From Candidatus Peregrinibacteria bacterium (GTDB taxonomy: Bacteria; Patescibacteriota; Gracilibacteria; UBA1369), in NCBI GenBank assembly GCA_963708185.1, contig OY970195.1, positions 288,001 through 352,000 of the forward strand: a DNA stretch of 64,000 nt, given 5' to 3'. Of the stretch, positions 62,999 to 64,000 are shown one piece after another. The notes below the pieces were generated by a model. It ran no database searches. It saw nothing but the letters and a program-made list of their open reading frames with translations, and was not told where the DNA came from. Numbering within the stretch: position 1 is the first letter of the stretch; each line of letters starts with the position of its first letter. The position numbers and the translations under genes were made by a program.

Positions 62999-64000
62999 AT
63001 GAACGCTCAGAAGAAAACTCCTGCAAACGCTTCGTCCTACAGTGCCGAGAATATTCAGGTTCTTGAGGGTCTCGCCGCGGTCCGTAAACGTCCGGGAATG
63101 TATATCGGTACGACGGATATCGCGGGTCTGCATCATCTTCTCTGGGAAATCGTCGATAACGCCATTGATGAAGCAATGGCCGGTTTTTGTAAGAATATTG
63201 ATGTCATTATCCATAAAGACGGGAGCGCTTCGGTCGAAGACGATGGTCGCGGTATTCCCGTCGACAAGCATTCCAAAACGGGGAAGTCCGCTCTGGAAAC
63301 CGTTTTGACCGTATTACATGCGGGAGGCAAATTCGGAGAAGGCGGAGGTTATAAAGTGTCCGGAGGTCTCCACGGAGTGGGTTCCTCCGTCGTAAACGCT
63401 CTTTCGACCAAACTCGTCGCCAACGTTTATCGCGATGGGAAGATTTATGAACAAACCTACAAAAAAGGTGAACCGGATTCTGACGTTCAAGCTGTTGGCA
63501 AGACGGATAAAACTGGCACTAAGATTCAGTTCTGGCCTGATTCGACGATTTTTGAAAGTACTGTTCTTGATTTCGTGACGGTTTTGAACCGTTTGCGTCA
63601 GCAGGCTTATCTGACCAAAGGCGTTACCGTCCGCGTAACGGATGAACGTGAAGACAAGAACCGCCGTTACCAGTTTTATTTCGAGGGCGGAATCAAATCC
63701 TACGTTCAGCATTTGAATAAGAACAAGGAAGCTTTGAGCGAGATCGTGTACCTTGAAAAAGAGGTGGATGAAGGCATGATTGAAGTCGCGCTCCAGTATA
63801 CTTCCACTTTCAACGAGGTCATGTATACCTTCGCCAACAACATCCATACCATTGAAGGAGGTATGCATCTTACCGGTTTCCGTTCGGCCCTCACACGCAC
63901 CATCAACAATTACGCCCGACAGTTTTCGTTGCTCAAGGAAAAAGACGATAATCTTACGGCCGAGGATGTGCGTGAAGGACTTACTGCCGTTATTTCCGTC
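62999..64000 (+). CDS. gyrB: DNA gyrase subunit B (5' part, truncated at the window edge)
   Basis: Not in the ORF track. ATG at 62999; manual translation YSAENIQVLEGLAAVRKRPGMYIG, EIVDNAIDE, DDGRGIPV, SGGLHGVG. Confidence 0.96.
   Translation, partial: MNAQKKTPANASSYSAENIQVLEGLAAVRKRPGMYIGTTDIAGLHHLLWEIVDNAIDEAMAGFCKNIDVIIHKDGSASVEDDGRGIPVDKHSKTGKSALETVLTVLHAGGKFGEGGGYKVSGGLHGVGSSVVNALSTKLVANVYRDGKIYEQTYKKGEPDSDVQAVGKTDKTGTKIQFWPDSTIFESTVLDFVTVLNRLRQQAYLTKGVTVRVTDEREDKNRRYQFYFEGGIKSYVQHLNKNKEALSEIVYLEKEVDEGMIEVALQYTSTFNEVMYTFANNIHTIEGGMHLTGFRSALTRTINNYARQFSLLKEKDDNLTAEDVREGLTAVISV

Overview
Chromosomal 64-kb segment of a Candidate Phyla Radiation (Patescibacteria) bacterium, most likely Peregrinibacteria-like. 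This assignment is inferred from an archaeal-type TIM, purine/pyrimidine genes purQ and pyrG, an SLH-S41 protease, PEGA and FecR surface proteins, a lone VirB4-like ATPase and scarce Shine-Dalgarno motifs; TGA is used as a stop (code 11). Most of the window is housekeeping: tpiA, hpf, ribF, murE, truB, wecA/tagO, dnaG, rpoD, greA, lgt, pyrG, trpS, priA, tRNA-Arg(UCG), secDF, manC, gpmI, pilD, ruvC, pyk, glmS, purQ, pepP, ruvA, tgt, rpmE, gyrA and gyrB. I see no CRISPR array, rRNA, integrase or transposase. Main highlights: (1) three signal-peptide-less proteins share an identically spaced N-terminal motif F-x3-[RK]-h-h-[FY]-x3-[EA]-K-P, a candidate export or targeting leader; (2) one of them is a 2064-aa protein with SH3b-like, LysM-like and Gly-rich membrane-type segments, in a four-gene operon with a paralogous small partner; (3) a 1179-aa protein carries a pre-toxin-TG-like segment; (4) unusual architectures include SecDF with inserted parvulin PPIase domains, PurQ fused to two PurS-like modules, and a protein with a duplicated PilC N-terminal domain; (5) four single-base frameshifts in short homopolymers (rpoD, FAD monooxygenase, virB4, S41 protease) are most likely sequencing errors. 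All domain calls come from motif recognition by eye; no database search was run.
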